Numbered from the stretch's first letter, positions 11,741 through 21,565 are shown. The stretch: DNA of 64,000 bases from Vicinamibacteria bacterium (GCA_965232015.1 OZ246946.1:3564630-3628629), one strand, 5' to 3'. Made by a program: numbers and translations. The notes: generated by a model not told the origin, from the letters alone.

Positions 11741-12672
11741 TGGTTCGGGATCGAGCCCTGCGTCTGCGCCTGCTCCTCCTCACCCTCTCCCTGCTCCTCG
11801 CCTGGCTGGCGTGGCGGGAGGCGCGAGACGCCGCCGCCGAAGTCGAGACGGCGCGGCTGCGGTCGCAGGCCGCGGCGACGGCGGACGCCGCCGGGCGCGA
11901 GCAGGCCGGGCGGGAAGCGCGCTTCGCCGAACTCGCCGCGGCCCTCGAGCGCCGGGACGCTCCGCCGGAGACGCCGGGCGACGTCCGGGAGGCCCTGGTC
12001 GGGGTGGCGCGCGGCGCCGGAGTGGAGCTCGCGACCTCCCGGGTGCAGCCGCTTCTCCGGTCGCCCACGGGGACGCGAGGCGCCGAAGTCCGGGTGAGCG
12101 CCGAGGGCGACGCGGCGAGGCTTCGCCACTTCCTGAACGCTGTCGAGCAGAAGGGTTGGCCGCTTCGGACCGATCGGATCCAGCTCGGCCTGCGGGACGC
12201 CGATCGGGCCTCTCTCGCCGCGGAGTTCACGATTCTGTGGCCGGATCCGGAGGTCCGCTTCACCGACACCGACGCCGCCTCGCTCGTCGCGGACCCGCGG
12301 ATCGGCCCGCTCGCCGCGTGGCTCACGGCGAGTCTCGCCGCGAGTCTCGATGCGCCGGACCACGCGGTGTCGCCCTCGCCGCTCGAGTTCGATCCGGCAG
12401 CGATGGTGGCGGTCCCGGCGGTCGCCCCGCCGGGTTTCGAGGAGGAGTTCCCGGAGGCGCCGCCGGCGACAGGCGGCGCGCCTCGTCTGCTCGGTTTCGT
12501 CGAGGTCGGCCCCGGGACCGCGCCGCGGGCCGCGCTCGCGTGGCGCGACGAGATGACGCTGGTGTCCGTCGGGGACCGGATCGGGGACTACGAGGTCGCG
12601 GAGATCGAGCTCGCCGGCACCGTGCTCCTCGTTCGGCCTGACGCCCCACCCCTCCGCCTGACCCTTCGGTAG
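11740..12672 (+). CDS. PilO-like protein with C-terminal PilP/GspC-like extension
   Basis: TM helix, coiled coil, LRHFLNAVE; C-terminal VSVGDRIGDYEVAEI. Confidence 0.45.
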   Translation: MVRDRALRLRLLLLTLSLLLAWLAWREARDAAAEVETARLRSQAAATADAAGREQAGREARFAELAAALERRDAPPETPGDVREALVGVARGAGVELATSRVQPLLRSPTGTRGAEVRVSAEGDAARLRHFLNAVEQKGWPLRTDRIQLGLRDADRASLAAEFTILWPDPEVRFTDTDAASLVADPRIGPLAAWLTASLAASLDAPDHAVSPSPLEFDPAAMVAVPAVAPPGFEEEFPEAPPATGGAPRLLGFVEVGPGTAPRAALAWRDEMTLVSVGDRIGDYEVAEIELAGTVLLVRPDAPPLRLTLR

Positions 12673-12703
12673 CGTCCGAGCGTCGGACTCGCGTTCGGCG
12701 TCG

Positions 12704-13153
12704 TCAGTCGCCGGGGGATGCCCGGGCGGGGCGCTCCTTGAACTCGAACTCCTGCTGGCAGCACCAGCACGGTCCGGGGAGGTGCGAGGTGATGTTGCAG
12801 GTGAAGCAGAAGTAATACGGCTCGATCCGTTCTCCGTTCTGGATGGTGTGCAGGTGAAGGATCTTCCCGAGTCCGTCCTCCACGAACAGGAAGACCTCGA
12901 GGGGGTGCCGGTGGACGCGTTCGTCGGTGAGGATCTCGACGCGGATGTCGTCGGGATCGAGCCGGTGCAGCGTGCCGTCCTCCGACTCGATACCGAAGGG
13001 ATCCCCGAAGGCGCAATCTCCCACCGGGCCCGGGGATCCGTCCTTCAGACAGACCGCGCGGCCGGTGACGACGGTCTCGACGCTGTCGGCGAGGGGGGCG
13101 ACCGTCGGGCCCAGCGCCGTGGCCGTGGCGACAATGAGAAAGGCAGCGAGCAT
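12704..13153 (-). CDS. Secreted hypothetical protein with C-terminal Cys cluster (possible metal-binding)
   Basis: Signal-like N-terminus; YYFCFTCNITSHLPGPCWCCQQE. Confidence 0.65.
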   Translation of the reverse strand: MLAAFLIVATATALGPTVAPLADSVETVVTGRAVCLKDGSPGPVGDCAFGDPFGIESEDGTLHRLDPDDIRVEILTDERVHRHPLEVFLFVEDGLGKILHLHTIQNGERIEPYYFCFTCNITSHLPGPCWCCQQEFEFKERPARASPGD

Positions 13154-13183
13154 GACTCCCGGCAGCGTACCACCGGGCTTGCA

Positions 13184-13258
13184 GGCGCGCCGGACTCCAG
13201 TCCGGCAATTCACGAAGCGGAGTGCGCATCCCGGTGCCGCTCTGGAGAGCGGCGCCAC
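13184..13258. repeat. REP-like inverted doublet
   Basis: GCCGGACT-CC-AGTCCGGC within 13184-13207 and reverse GCCGCTCT-GG-AGAGCGGC within 13234-13258. Confidence 0.8.
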
Positions 13259-13312
13259 CTGACCAGTAGCCTGCGTCCCTCGTCGAGCCCTCTGCGAGAA
13301 TCCCCGCGGTTC

Positions 13313-16129
13313 GTGAGACTTTCCTGGAACGAGATCCGCGCCCGGGCGGCGGCGTTCGCCCGGAAGTGGAAGGACGCTGGCTACGAGAAGGGCGAGACCC
13401 AGACCTTCTACAACGAGTTCTTCGAGATCTTCGGCGTCCGGCGGGAGTCGGTGGCCCGCTACGAGGAGCGGGTGCGCCGGCTCGACGACTCGACCGGCTT
13501 CATCGACCTCTTCTGGCCAGGGCAGCTCATCGTCGAGCAGAAGAGCGCCGGGCGCGACCTCCGGGCCGCCTACGAGCAGGCGGGCGGCTACTTCGACGCC
13601 CTCTCGGAGCACGAGAGGCCGCGCCGGATCCTGGTCTGCGACTTCCAGTCGTTCGAGCTTCACGACCTGCTGGAGCGGGAGGTAGATGCGTTTCGCCTCG
13701 ACGAGCTGTCGAACGTGGTCGAAAAGTTCGGCTTCATCCTCGGAGTCCAGAAACAGCCGCTCGACCAGGATCCGGCCTCCATCGAGGCGGCCAGGCTCCT
13801 TGGGGGGCTCCGCGACACGCTGGAGGCCGCCGGCTACCGCCGCCCGGACCTGGATGTTTTCCTGGTGCGGCTGGCGTTTTGTCTGTTCGCCGACGACACC
13901 GGAGTCTTCGAGCCGCGGGACCTCCTCATGGAGTTCGTGGAGGAGCGGACCCGCGAAGACGGGTCAGACCTCGGGCCGTTCCTTGCCCATGTGTTCCAAG
14001 TACTCGACACGCCGGTGGAGGATCGCCAGAACACCCTCGACGAGGACCTGGCCCGCTTCCCTCACGTGAACGGGGATCTCTTCGCCGGCCCGATCCGCAT
14101 CGCCAGCTTCGGCCGGGAAATGCGGGAGCAGCTCCTCGCCGCCTGCCGGTTCGACTGGTCGGCGGTGTCTCCCGCGATTTTCGGGTCGCTCTTCCAGTCG
14201 GTGATGGATCCGGAGGAGCGGCGGAAACTGGGGGCGCACTACACCACCGAGGACAACATCCTCAAGGTCATCCAGCCGCTCTTGCTCGATGATCTGTGGG
14301 CCGAGCTCGAGCATCTGAAGGGGCTCCGGCGCGGCAAGGCGCAGCGGCTGAAGACCTTCCAGCAACGGCTGGGGCGGCTGCGGTTCCTCGATCCGGCGTG
14401 CGGGTGCGGGAACTTCCTGGTGATCGCCTACCGGGAGCTGCGGCGGCTGGAGATCGAAGTGATCCGGGAGATGTTCGAGGGCGATCGCGACGAGTCGGGA
14501 AGGATCCATTTCCGGGGACTCGACGTGAGCTCCCTGTCCCTGCTGGACGTGGATCAGTTCTACGGGATCGAGATCGAGTCGTTTCCGGCGCGGATCGCGG
14601 AGGTGGCGCTGTGGATGATGGACCACCTGATGAACAACGAGCTGAGCCGCGAGTTCGGACAGGTCTTCGCGCGGATTCCGCTGGAGCGTTCGCCGCACAT
14701 CCGGTGCGCCGACGCGCTGGAGATGGACTGGGAGGAGTTGTTGCCGGCGAAGGAGTGCTCGTTCGTTCTGGGGAACCCGCCGTTCGGAGGCGCGAAGTAC
14801 CAGACGAAGGAGAAGCGAGCGCAGGTGAAGCGGATCGCGGCGCTCGGGAAGAGCGGCGGGACGCTCGACTACGTGACGGCGTGGTTCCTTTGCGCCGGCG
14901 AGTACCTGGGGCAGGTGGAAGATCCGCAGGAGCGGCCGCGGATCGGCTTCGTGGCGACGAACTCGATCACGCAGGGGGAGCAGGCGGGGCAGCTCTGGCC
15001 GCTCCTGTTCCGCCGGCATGGCCTCGAGATCGCCTTCGCGCATCGCACGTTCGCGTGGGGTTCCGAAGCCCCGGGGATGGCGCACGTTCACGTCGTGATC
15101 TTGGGCCTCGACGCCCGGAAGCGGATTCCGAAGAAGCGCTGGCTGTTTTCCTACGAGGACCCGAAGGGAGATCCGCAGAAGAGCGGGCACCGGGCGCTGT
15201 CGCCGTACCTGTTCGACGCCGGGAGGCTCTCCGACCCGCATCTGGCGGTGCGGGAGGAGTCGCGCCCCATCAACGGAATGCCACGCCTGCTCACCGGATC
15301 GCAGCCGATCGACGGGGGGAACACCGTCTTCACGTCGGATCAGGCCACTTCCTTTCTCGCCGAGGAACCGTCGTCGGCTCCGTGGCTCCGTCCGTTCGTG
15401 GGCGCTCGCGAGTACCTGCACGGGGCGCAGCGATTCATCCTCGCGCTCCACGATGTTTCGCCGGCCGTCCTGAGGCAGATGCCGAGGGTCCGCGAGCGGC
15501 TCGCGGCGGTTCGGAAGTTCCGGTCGGAGAGCAGCCGACAGTCCACGCTGGATCTGGCCGCGACGCCCCGGTTGTGGCAGATCAACAGGCTCCCGGATGC
15601 GCCTTTCCTCGTCGTGCCGGAGGTGAGTTCGGAGCGTCGCGAATACGTCCCCATCGGATGGTTGGAGCCTCCGGCAATTCCCAGCAACCTTGTGCGAATT
15701 CTGGAGAACGCCACGCTGTGGCAGTTCGCCCTTCTGACCTCCGCGATGCATATGGCGTGGTTGCGCCACATCGGCGGGCGACTGGAGAGTCGCTACCGCT
15801 ACTCCATCGGCCTCGTTTACAACACGTTCCCGCTACCGTTGCGGCACGCCGATCTGTCCCGGCTCGAGCCACTCGCCCAGGTCGTCCTCGACGCCCGCGC
15901 GGCGTTTCCCGATTCGACCCTCGCCGACCTCTACGACCCGGATCTCATGCCCCCGAACCTCCACAAGGCGCACCGAAGGCTCGACCGCGCGGTGGACCGC
16001 CTCTACCGCCGGTCCGGGTTCCGCTCCGAAGGTCAGCGCATCGAGCACCTTTTCGGTCTCTACGAGAAACTCCGCGCGCCGTTGACCGCCGCCGGCCGGA
16101 GGAAGAAGCGCCGCGGCCGTCGCCGATAG
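13313..16129 (+). CDS. MmeI-like type IIL restriction-modification fusion enzyme (nuclease + N6-adenine MTase + TRD)
   Basis: FIDLFWPG.LIVEQK (PD-ExK), GAHYT, FLDPACGCGNF (motif I), GNPPF (motif IV), LADLYDPDLMP; GTG start 13313. Confidence 0.9.
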   Translation: MRLSWNEIRARAAAFARKWKDAGYEKGETQTFYNEFFEIFGVRRESVARYEERVRRLDDSTGFIDLFWPGQLIVEQKSAGRDLRAAYEQAGGYFDALSEHERPRRILVCDFQSFELHDLLEREVDAFRLDELSNVVEKFGFILGVQKQPLDQDPASIEAARLLGGLRDTLEAAGYRRPDLDVFLVRLAFCLFADDTGVFEPRDLLMEFVEERTREDGSDLGPFLAHVFQVLDTPVEDRQNTLDEDLARFPHVNGDLFAGPIRIASFGREMREQLLAACRFDWSAVSPAIFGSLFQSVMDPEERRKLGAHYTTEDNILKVIQPLLLDDLWAELEHLKGLRRGKAQRLKTFQQRLGRLRFLDPACGCGNFLVIAYRELRRLEIEVIREMFEGDRDESGRIHFRGLDVSSLSLLDVDQFYGIEIESFPARIAEVALWMMDHLMNNELSREFGQVFARIPLERSPHIRCADALEMDWEELLPAKECSFVLGNPPFGGAKYQTKEKRAQVKRIAALGKSGGTLDYVTAWFLCAGEYLGQVEDPQERPRIGFVATNSITQGEQAGQLWPLLFRRHGLEIAFAHRTFAWGSEAPGMAHVHVVILGLDARKRIPKKRWLFSYEDPKGDPQKSGHRALSPYLFDAGRLSDPHLAVREESRPINGMPRLLTGSQPIDGGNTVFTSDQATSFLAEEPSSAPWLRPFVGAREYLHGAQRFILALHDVSPAVLRQMPRVRERLAAVRKFRSESSRQSTLDLAATPRLWQINRLPDAPFLVVPEVSSERREYVPIGWLEPPAIPSNLVRILENATLWQFALLTSAMHMAWLRHIGGRLESRYRYSIGLVYNTFPLPLRHADLSRLEPLAQVVLDARAAFPDSTLADLYDPDLMPPNLHKAHRRLDRAVDRLYRRSGFRSEGQRIEHLFGLYEKLRAPLTAAGRRKKRRGRRR

Positions 16130-16144
16130 CTCGGAGAGCCCGGT

Positions 16145-16236
16145 ATGGAGCGCCCCGGTGATCCCGGCAGGGGTTCTCCATCGCGATCGAAGGCGCCCTC
16201 GAGCCATCCGTGCCGCTCTGGAGAGCGGCGCTCCAT
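16145..16236. repeat. REP-like doublet (left copy degenerate)
   Basis: TATGGAGCGCC near 16145; GTGCCGCTCTGGAGAGCGGCGCTCCAT at 16210-16236. Confidence 0.75.
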
Positions 16237-16259
16237 GCGGGGACGCTAACCTGCCGGAC

Positions 16260-17723
16260 ATGCGGTTCGTAACTCGCCGAGGGCCCGGCATCGCTGTCGT
16301 CTTCGCCGCGGCCTCGATCCTCGCCCTCGCTCCCCTCGCCGCGGCGCAGGGGGATCGTCCCACCGTGACCGAGCTGGGTTGGCTGGAGTCCTTCCTGATG
16401 ACCGACGACGAGCGGCGCGTGATGATCCGGGCGTTCTCCGCCGGAGATCGGGCGGCGTTCCGCCGACTGTTCTGGATGCGCCGCGACCCGGACCCGCGAA
16501 CGCCCGAGAACGAAACGCTGGACCACTATCTCGGTCGGGTGCGGCTCGCCGACCGCACGTTCTCCGCCGACGGCGGCTACGGGGGAGGGGACCGGGCCCG
16601 GGTGTTCGTGCTCCTCGGCATGCCGGTCTCGGCGATCCCCCAGCCGCCCACCGAGACCACGCTGGAAGGGCTCCTGTGGGTGTATTCCGCCGACCCGGAG
16701 AGCGGACTCTCCGACGACCTTCGGGCGCAGTATCGGCGGGACGAGACCGGGAATCTGTGGCTGGAGAACCGGGTCGCGGTGGATGCGGCGCTCGAGGCGA
16801 TGCGTCGGCGTCTGATCGTCCGACCGGAGATCACTTACCAGACCGACGAGGCCGGACTCCTGCGGATCCCGAATCTGCCCGCCGGCGGGTCGGAGCGGGC
16901 CCGCCAGCTTCTCCGCCGTCTGGTGAGCTCGCCCGAGACCACCGGGATGCCCTTCCGGGTGACGCCCGCGTTCTTCCGGGTCGAGGACGGCGCCACCTAC
17001 GTGGCGCTGCTGTTCGAGACGGAGCCGGGGCGGCTGGCGGTCGGCAGCGACGGCCAGAGCGCGGCCTCGGTCTTCGCCCATGCGGTCTCGGGCCCCGACG
17101 CGCTTCCGGATGAGGCTGCTCCGGTCCGGGGCGTCTTTCGCCGCGAGTCGGCCTACACCGGGCTCGTCGGCGTCGGCGGACCGGGGGGGCTCGAGACCTC
17201 GCTCGTGCTGCCGCCGGGCCGGCACCGGCTGCTCCTCGGGCTGGTGGATGAGCAGTCGGAGGCGTTCGGCACCGCCGACATCCAGATCGAGGCGCCGGCG
17301 TTCCCGGCGGCCGAGCCGGCGTTTTCGTCGGTGGTCCTCTATGACGACACCGCCACCACGCTCGAGTACGCGGCGGGAACGCCGGGACGCGCCTTCCAGT
17401 TCGGGCGCACCCACTTCCATCCCCGCGGCGACGCCGTGTTCCGGCAGGACGAGACGCTGGGCGCGTTCTACTACTTCTATGCCGGCGAACGGGAGGACGA
17501 CGGCGATCTTCCCGAGATCGTCGCCGAGTACACCTTGCGGCGCGATGGACAGGACACCGGCTTCGTCCGCCCGGAGCGACTCCCCACGACCACCCGCCAG
17601 GCGGCGGCGAACGCCGAGATCGAGCTGCGGGATTTCCCGCCCGGACGCTACGAGCTCGGGATCCGGATCCGCTACCGGGAAGAGATCTTCGAAACCTCCC
17701 GCCGCTTCACCCTGGTCCGGTAG
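16260..17723 (+). CDS. GWxTD-domain-like exported protein
   Basis: Signal peptide; FWMRRDPDPRTPENE...RVRLADRTF...DRARVFVLLGMP; C-terminal beta domain with PGRYEL. Confidence 0.75.
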   Translation: MRFVTRRGPGIAVVFAAASILALAPLAAAQGDRPTVTELGWLESFLMTDDERRVMIRAFSAGDRAAFRRLFWMRRDPDPRTPENETLDHYLGRVRLADRTFSADGGYGGGDRARVFVLLGMPVSAIPQPPTETTLEGLLWVYSADPESGLSDDLRAQYRRDETGNLWLENRVAVDAALEAMRRRLIVRPEITYQTDEAGLLRIPNLPAGGSERARQLLRRLVSSPETTGMPFRVTPAFFRVEDGATYVALLFETEPGRLAVGSDGQSAASVFAHAVSGPDALPDEAAPVRGVFRRESAYTGLVGVGGPGGLETSLVLPPGRHRLLLGLVDEQSEAFGTADIQIEAPAFPAAEPAFSSVVLYDDTATTLEYAAGTPGRAFQFGRTHFHPRGDAVFRQDETLGAFYYFYAGEREDDGDLPEIVAEYTLRRDGQDTGFVRPERLPTTTRQAAANAEIELRDFPPGRYELGIRIRYREEIFETSRRFTLVR

Positions 17724-17792
17724 CGCCACCTCGCCCCATGGAGCGTATGGAGCGCTCCGGTTCTCCCCGTGGGCGTACTCGAGAGCGGCGCA

Positions 17793-17820
17793 GCGCTCTC
17801 CACCAGCCAGGGCGCGCCGG
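17793..17820 (+). repeat. 28-bp direct repeat, copy 1 (att-like)
   Basis: GCGCTCTCCACCAGCCAGGGCGCGCCGG identical to 21538-21565. Confidence 0.85.
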
Positions 17821-19356
17821 CAGGGACAACCAAAGGCGCGGCGCTACTCCTCAGCCGGGTCGGCGCCAGCGAACGCTCTACGAGCCGTTCACCACTCCGT
17901 GGATCGTTCGCCGTGGGCGTGGTCGGGCAGACGGAAGCTGAGACCGGCGTCCTCATAGGCTGACGCCTCAAGAAGCTTCCCAAACGTCGTGAATCCTCCC
18001 TTCCTTGTCCAGGCCTTGATCCGCTGCATGCGCTGGTCGAGCCGGTACGCGAGCAACGGGAACGGCATGGTCCTTCTCCGGGGAAACTTCAGTTGGTCGG
18101 AAAGATCGTTGCCCACCAGCGCCCGGGAAACGGGGTAGATGACCTTGTTCACCAGCTTGCGCCGCTCTGCCCTGTCAGTGATGTTCGCAACCAGCGGGGC
18201 TGAGTTGATCAGCGCATTGGCCATGACGATCGCGTCTTCGTCCGGAGGAGGCTCGCAAAGGGAGCCGATCCGGTACAGGTGGAGCGCGTGCTTCTCGTCG
18301 GTGAAGAGGATGTCTTCCGGGATCCCCATGAGGTGACCGGCGTAACGCCACACGTCATGGAAACCAGCCCGCGCTTCGGTGCTGTACCGTGCGCCCAACG
18401 ACTCCGAGTGCTTGACGGCGCGAGCCGCGAAGCAGGCGACTGCGTAACCCAGGTGCGCGGCGCTGACCGGCACGCCCCACGCGTCGTGTTGCCATTCGGC
18501 CCTCTGTCCCAGCAACCTCCGAATCTGCGCGTGGACGAACCGGATGCGGACCGACAACTTCCACCCTTCGCCGAACCGTTCCAGCCCGCCGGGCCAGAAG
18601 ATTTCCACCTGATGCCGGTTGTTCTGCTTGAGCCGCCAGACACCGTTGTCGAAGATCCGTCCGGTCTGCACGAACGACTTGCTTATCATCGTCGAGAAGC
18701 CATCGACCAGAACGCCCGCTACGAAGGCCGACAGGACGAGGGTTGAGTTTCTCTGAAAGGCCCGGATGCCCGGCCGAAAGGCATCGCGATCCAACCAGTC
18801 CGGATCGGGCGGCGGTGCGTCGAAAAAGAAATCGCGCAGCGATTGCGGCGCATTCCTGAGACCATCTCGATTCTCGTCCATCCCCGCGCGAATCAGCTTG
18901 TGAATCCGATGCCGAGGCAGCGACGCCAGGTCCTCTATGATCGCGTCCATGACCGGATCGCCAATACGAGTGTGTGCGATGTAGTTGTCTGCGGCCTCTC
19001 GGTCAACGGTACGCGCCTTGGCCCCGATCCGCGAGCTACGTCGGAGAGGGAGGGGTTGGCGATCGTGAACCTGGCTGGGTGGGGGTTGGGTGGGCGCGTG
19101 ACGGAAAGGATCCGCGAGCTCGCGTGAGGATCGGTCGGCTCGGGTGGTTGCGAGAGCGGACAGGGGGCGCGAGGAGGCGAGTGAGGCTGGCGAGGGTCGG
19201 TTCGAGAGGGTGATCGGGGCCGTGGAACGCGGGGATCACGGTGGGGCCGTCACTCGGGACGAGACGCGATGTCCTGTCGGACGAGACCGGCGCCGACCGG
19301 CGGGGTCGGACGCACCCCGGCAGTGGCGCGCGAGGCGAGAAGGGCGGCGGCCCCGC

Positions 19357-20916
19357 TCAGCAGCGGACCGGGAGCGCCGCCAGGCGTGCCAGCGCCATCC
19401 GGAACGGCTCCATCCCCGTCGCCCCGATCACCAGCTTCTCCCGCCGGGCGTGCCGCACCACCCGACCCCCCACCCGGAAGAACACCGCCCGCAGCCGCTT
19501 CATCCGCACCCGCAGCCAACTCTCCCCCAGCGCGCACACCCGCAGCAGCGCCACCAGGTTGTGGCTCAGCGCCGCCAACTCCCACCAGCACGCATTCGCC
19601 CCGAACTTCCCCGACGGCATCATCCCCCCCGACAGATCCCGCTTCAGGATCGAGTGGATCTCCTCCCCCTCTCCGCACCGACCGTTCGCCAGCTTCAGCA
19701 CCTGGGAACCGCTCGCGGGCGGAAGACGCTCCTCTCCATCCTTCGGCGTCGCCGCCTCCGGGGCCGGGATGTTCGTGAACAACAGCCGCAGCCGCATCGC
19801 CGGCCGGCCCCCTCGCGCCGGCATCATGTCCTTCCCCAGTCCCAGGTTTCCCGGCGCCGCTCGCCGCACCGCCAGATACCGCAGCGTGTCCCCGCTTCGA
19901 TGTCGGCACACCTCGGCAGGCACGAACGGCACCTCCGCCATCTGCACCTGCTTCGTCTCTCCCAGCGCCTTCCAGTCCTCTTCCGGAACCCGTCGCGCCT
20001 CCTCCAGCAGCTCCTCGTAGTCCGCAACCCCGCACACCAGCCGCAACACCCCGAACCGCTCAAGCCCCGCCCCCCGAACCCCCGGGTCGTTGCAATACCT
20101 CACCAACTCGTGCTGATACCCCGCGCTGTCCATCCGCACCGTCACCTCCTCCACGCACTCCGGAAGCCGCCGCAGCGCCTCCTCCACCACCCGCACCAGA
20201 TCCTTGCTCGCCGGAACGTTCCCGTCCCGGAACTCCGTGTGAACCACCGCTCCCAGCTCCGGGCAATACACCACCACCGGCTGATACCCCTTCTCTCCCC
20301 GCACCTCCCCCGTCGCCGCCCGGTAGGTGAACCGCGCCTCCCGCTTCCCCGACGACACGATCGTCGCGTCCACGTCCAGCGTCACCGCCCGCGCCTCACG
20401 ATGCTTCGCCAGATCCCGCAGCAGCCCCTCGCTCAACCCGCTCACCCGCGCCAGCGCCGCGCTCGGCCGCGGCACATACCCCTTCCCCCGAACCCGCTTC
20501 CGCCCCGCCGCCTCGTCGTGTCGCCGCGCCAACCACTCATGCAGCGACCGCGGCGACGGAAACGTCCGCTTCCTCCCCCCGCGAAACCGCCTCTCGAACC
20601 ACCCCGGCCCCACCCCGAACAGATCCTTCTCATACCGCCGCACCAGCCGGCACAGCCCCGCATCCGCCTCCAGCCGCTCCACATCCTCCACCCGATCCAG
20701 CCCCAGCACATTCAACAGCGCCACCGCCAGCATCTGCTGCCCTTCCAGCCAACCCTGTCCCGTGAACAGCTCGACCCCGACCGGACCCGGCAGAACCCTC
20801 CTGGCCGCCAGCATGTCGAGCAGCAGGACCACTCCCGCGCTCGCCGTCACCGGCGCTCCCATCTCCTGGAACACGACCTCGACCGGCGGTCTCCGACCCT
20901 TCTTCCGCTTCGCCAT
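19357..20916 (-). CDS. IS1380-family DDE transposase
   Basis: VTLDVDAT, GYQP, EFRDGNV, VRMDSAGY, EEIHSILK, PSGKFGANACW, HNL. Confidence 0.9.
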   Translation of the reverse strand: MAKRKKGRRPPVEVVFQEMGAPVTASAGVVLLLDMLAARRVLPGPVGVELFTGQGWLEGQQMLAVALLNVLGLDRVEDVERLEADAGLCRLVRRYEKDLFGVGPGWFERRFRGGRKRTFPSPRSLHEWLARRHDEAAGRKRVRGKGYVPRPSAALARVSGLSEGLLRDLAKHREARAVTLDVDATIVSSGKREARFTYRAATGEVRGEKGYQPVVVYCPELGAVVHTEFRDGNVPASKDLVRVVEEALRRLPECVEEVTVRMDSAGYQHELVRYCNDPGVRGAGLERFGVLRLVCGVADYEELLEEARRVPEEDWKALGETKQVQMAEVPFVPAEVCRHRSGDTLRYLAVRRAAPGNLGLGKDMMPARGGRPAMRLRLLFTNIPAPEAATPKDGEERLPPASGSQVLKLANGRCGEGEEIHSILKRDLSGGMMPSGKFGANACWWELAALSHNLVALLRVCALGESWLRVRMKRLRAVFFRVGGRVVRHARREKLVIGATGMEPFRMALARLAALPVRC

Positions 20917-20968
20917 TCCCGCACCTCACAGGTGAACCCGGAGACAGCTCCGGGGGCACATTATCTAC

Positions 20969-20984
20969 AGTATATCATGGACTT
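20969..20984 (-). promoter_or_regulatory. Extended -10 (TGATATACT) with overlapping IHF-like site for IS1380 tnp
   Basis: Minus strand TAAGTCCATGATATACT in an AT-rich patch upstream of tnp. Confidence 0.45.
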
Positions 20985-21065
20985 AGATGCCACGACCACT
21001 ATCTTGACCGCGGATCGGGGCCTTGGCGTAGCCGCCGACATAGGCTGAGGGCGGGACGGAAACGT

Positions 21066-21188
21066 TCAAGAGCTCTCCTTCGCTCGTTGGCACGGCGTAC
21101 GATTGAGGCCGTCCGGGTGAGTCCGCGCCAAGTACGCGCCTATGGTACCGACAACCACAGCACCCATGATGACCAGTATCGGGAGCAT
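21066..21188 (-). CDS. Possible 40-aa membrane peptide
   Basis: MLPILVIMGAVVVGTIGAYLARTH...; stop overlaps the oxygenase TTG start (TTGA). Confidence 0.3.
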   Translation of the reverse strand: MLPILVIMGAVVVGTIGAYLARTHPDGLNRTPCQRAKESS

Positions 21189-21214
21189 CGTCGCGTCAAC
21201 CCCTGTCTCGGCGG

Positions 21215-21470
21215 CCGGTGCGTCCGCCCGTCCCGCCGTCCAGTCCCGGAAGCTCGAACGGAGTCGGTGCGGCGCGGCCCCGACCCCGAGCGCCCTCGCC
21301 TCGGCCAGAATCTCCCCCGCCCGCCTCGACAGCGGCGCCCGGCGCTCGCGGCGGCTCTTCATCCGCTGCGCCGGGATCGTCCACTCCCTGCTCTCGATGT
21401 CCATCTCCGCCCAGCGAGCCCCGCGCACCTCGCCCGACCGGCAGGCCGTGTCAGCACAGGAAGCTCGAAT
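21215..21470 (-). pseudogene. Tyrosine recombinase (P4-like integrase) remnant; boundaries approximate
   Basis: TACRSGEVRGARWAEMD..WTIPAQRMK..RAPLS..HRLRSSFRDW; no N-terminus or catalytic Tyr region. Confidence 0.8.
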
Positions 21471-21537
21471 CCCGGCTTCACCGTCACCCTTGCCTCGGGC
21501 GCACCGCGAGCACCCTGGCCGCGAGCGGAAAGCGGCG

Positions 21538-21565
21538 GCGCTCTCCACCAGCCAGGGCGCGCCGG
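21538..21565 (+). repeat. 28-bp direct repeat, copy 2 (att-like)
   Basis: Identical to 17793-17820; abuts the S9 peptidase stop codon. Confidence 0.85.

Larger units (their letters stand above)
19021..21021 (-). mobile_element. IS1380-family insertion sequence
   Basis: IR GCCCCGATCCGCG (19021-19033) / CGCGGATCGGGGC (21009-21021); flanking duplication CTTG (or CCTTGG if ends are 1 bp shorter). Confidence 0.88.
17889..21069 (-). pseudogene. MpaB/DUF2236-like oxygenase interrupted near codon 16 by IS1380
   Basis: Removing the IS joins TTG(21069) NVSVPPSAYVGGYAK to ARTVDREAADNYIAHTRIGDPVM in frame; AAGGAG RBS; VRIRFVHAQIR, WGVPVS, WRYAGHLMGI motifs; lower GC. Confidence 0.8.

Noticed and set aside
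12782-13312. N-terminal extension of the MmeI-like enzyme
   Set aside because: It is antisense to the Cys-rich gene and crosses a REP doublet; family similarity begins at RLSWNEI (13313).
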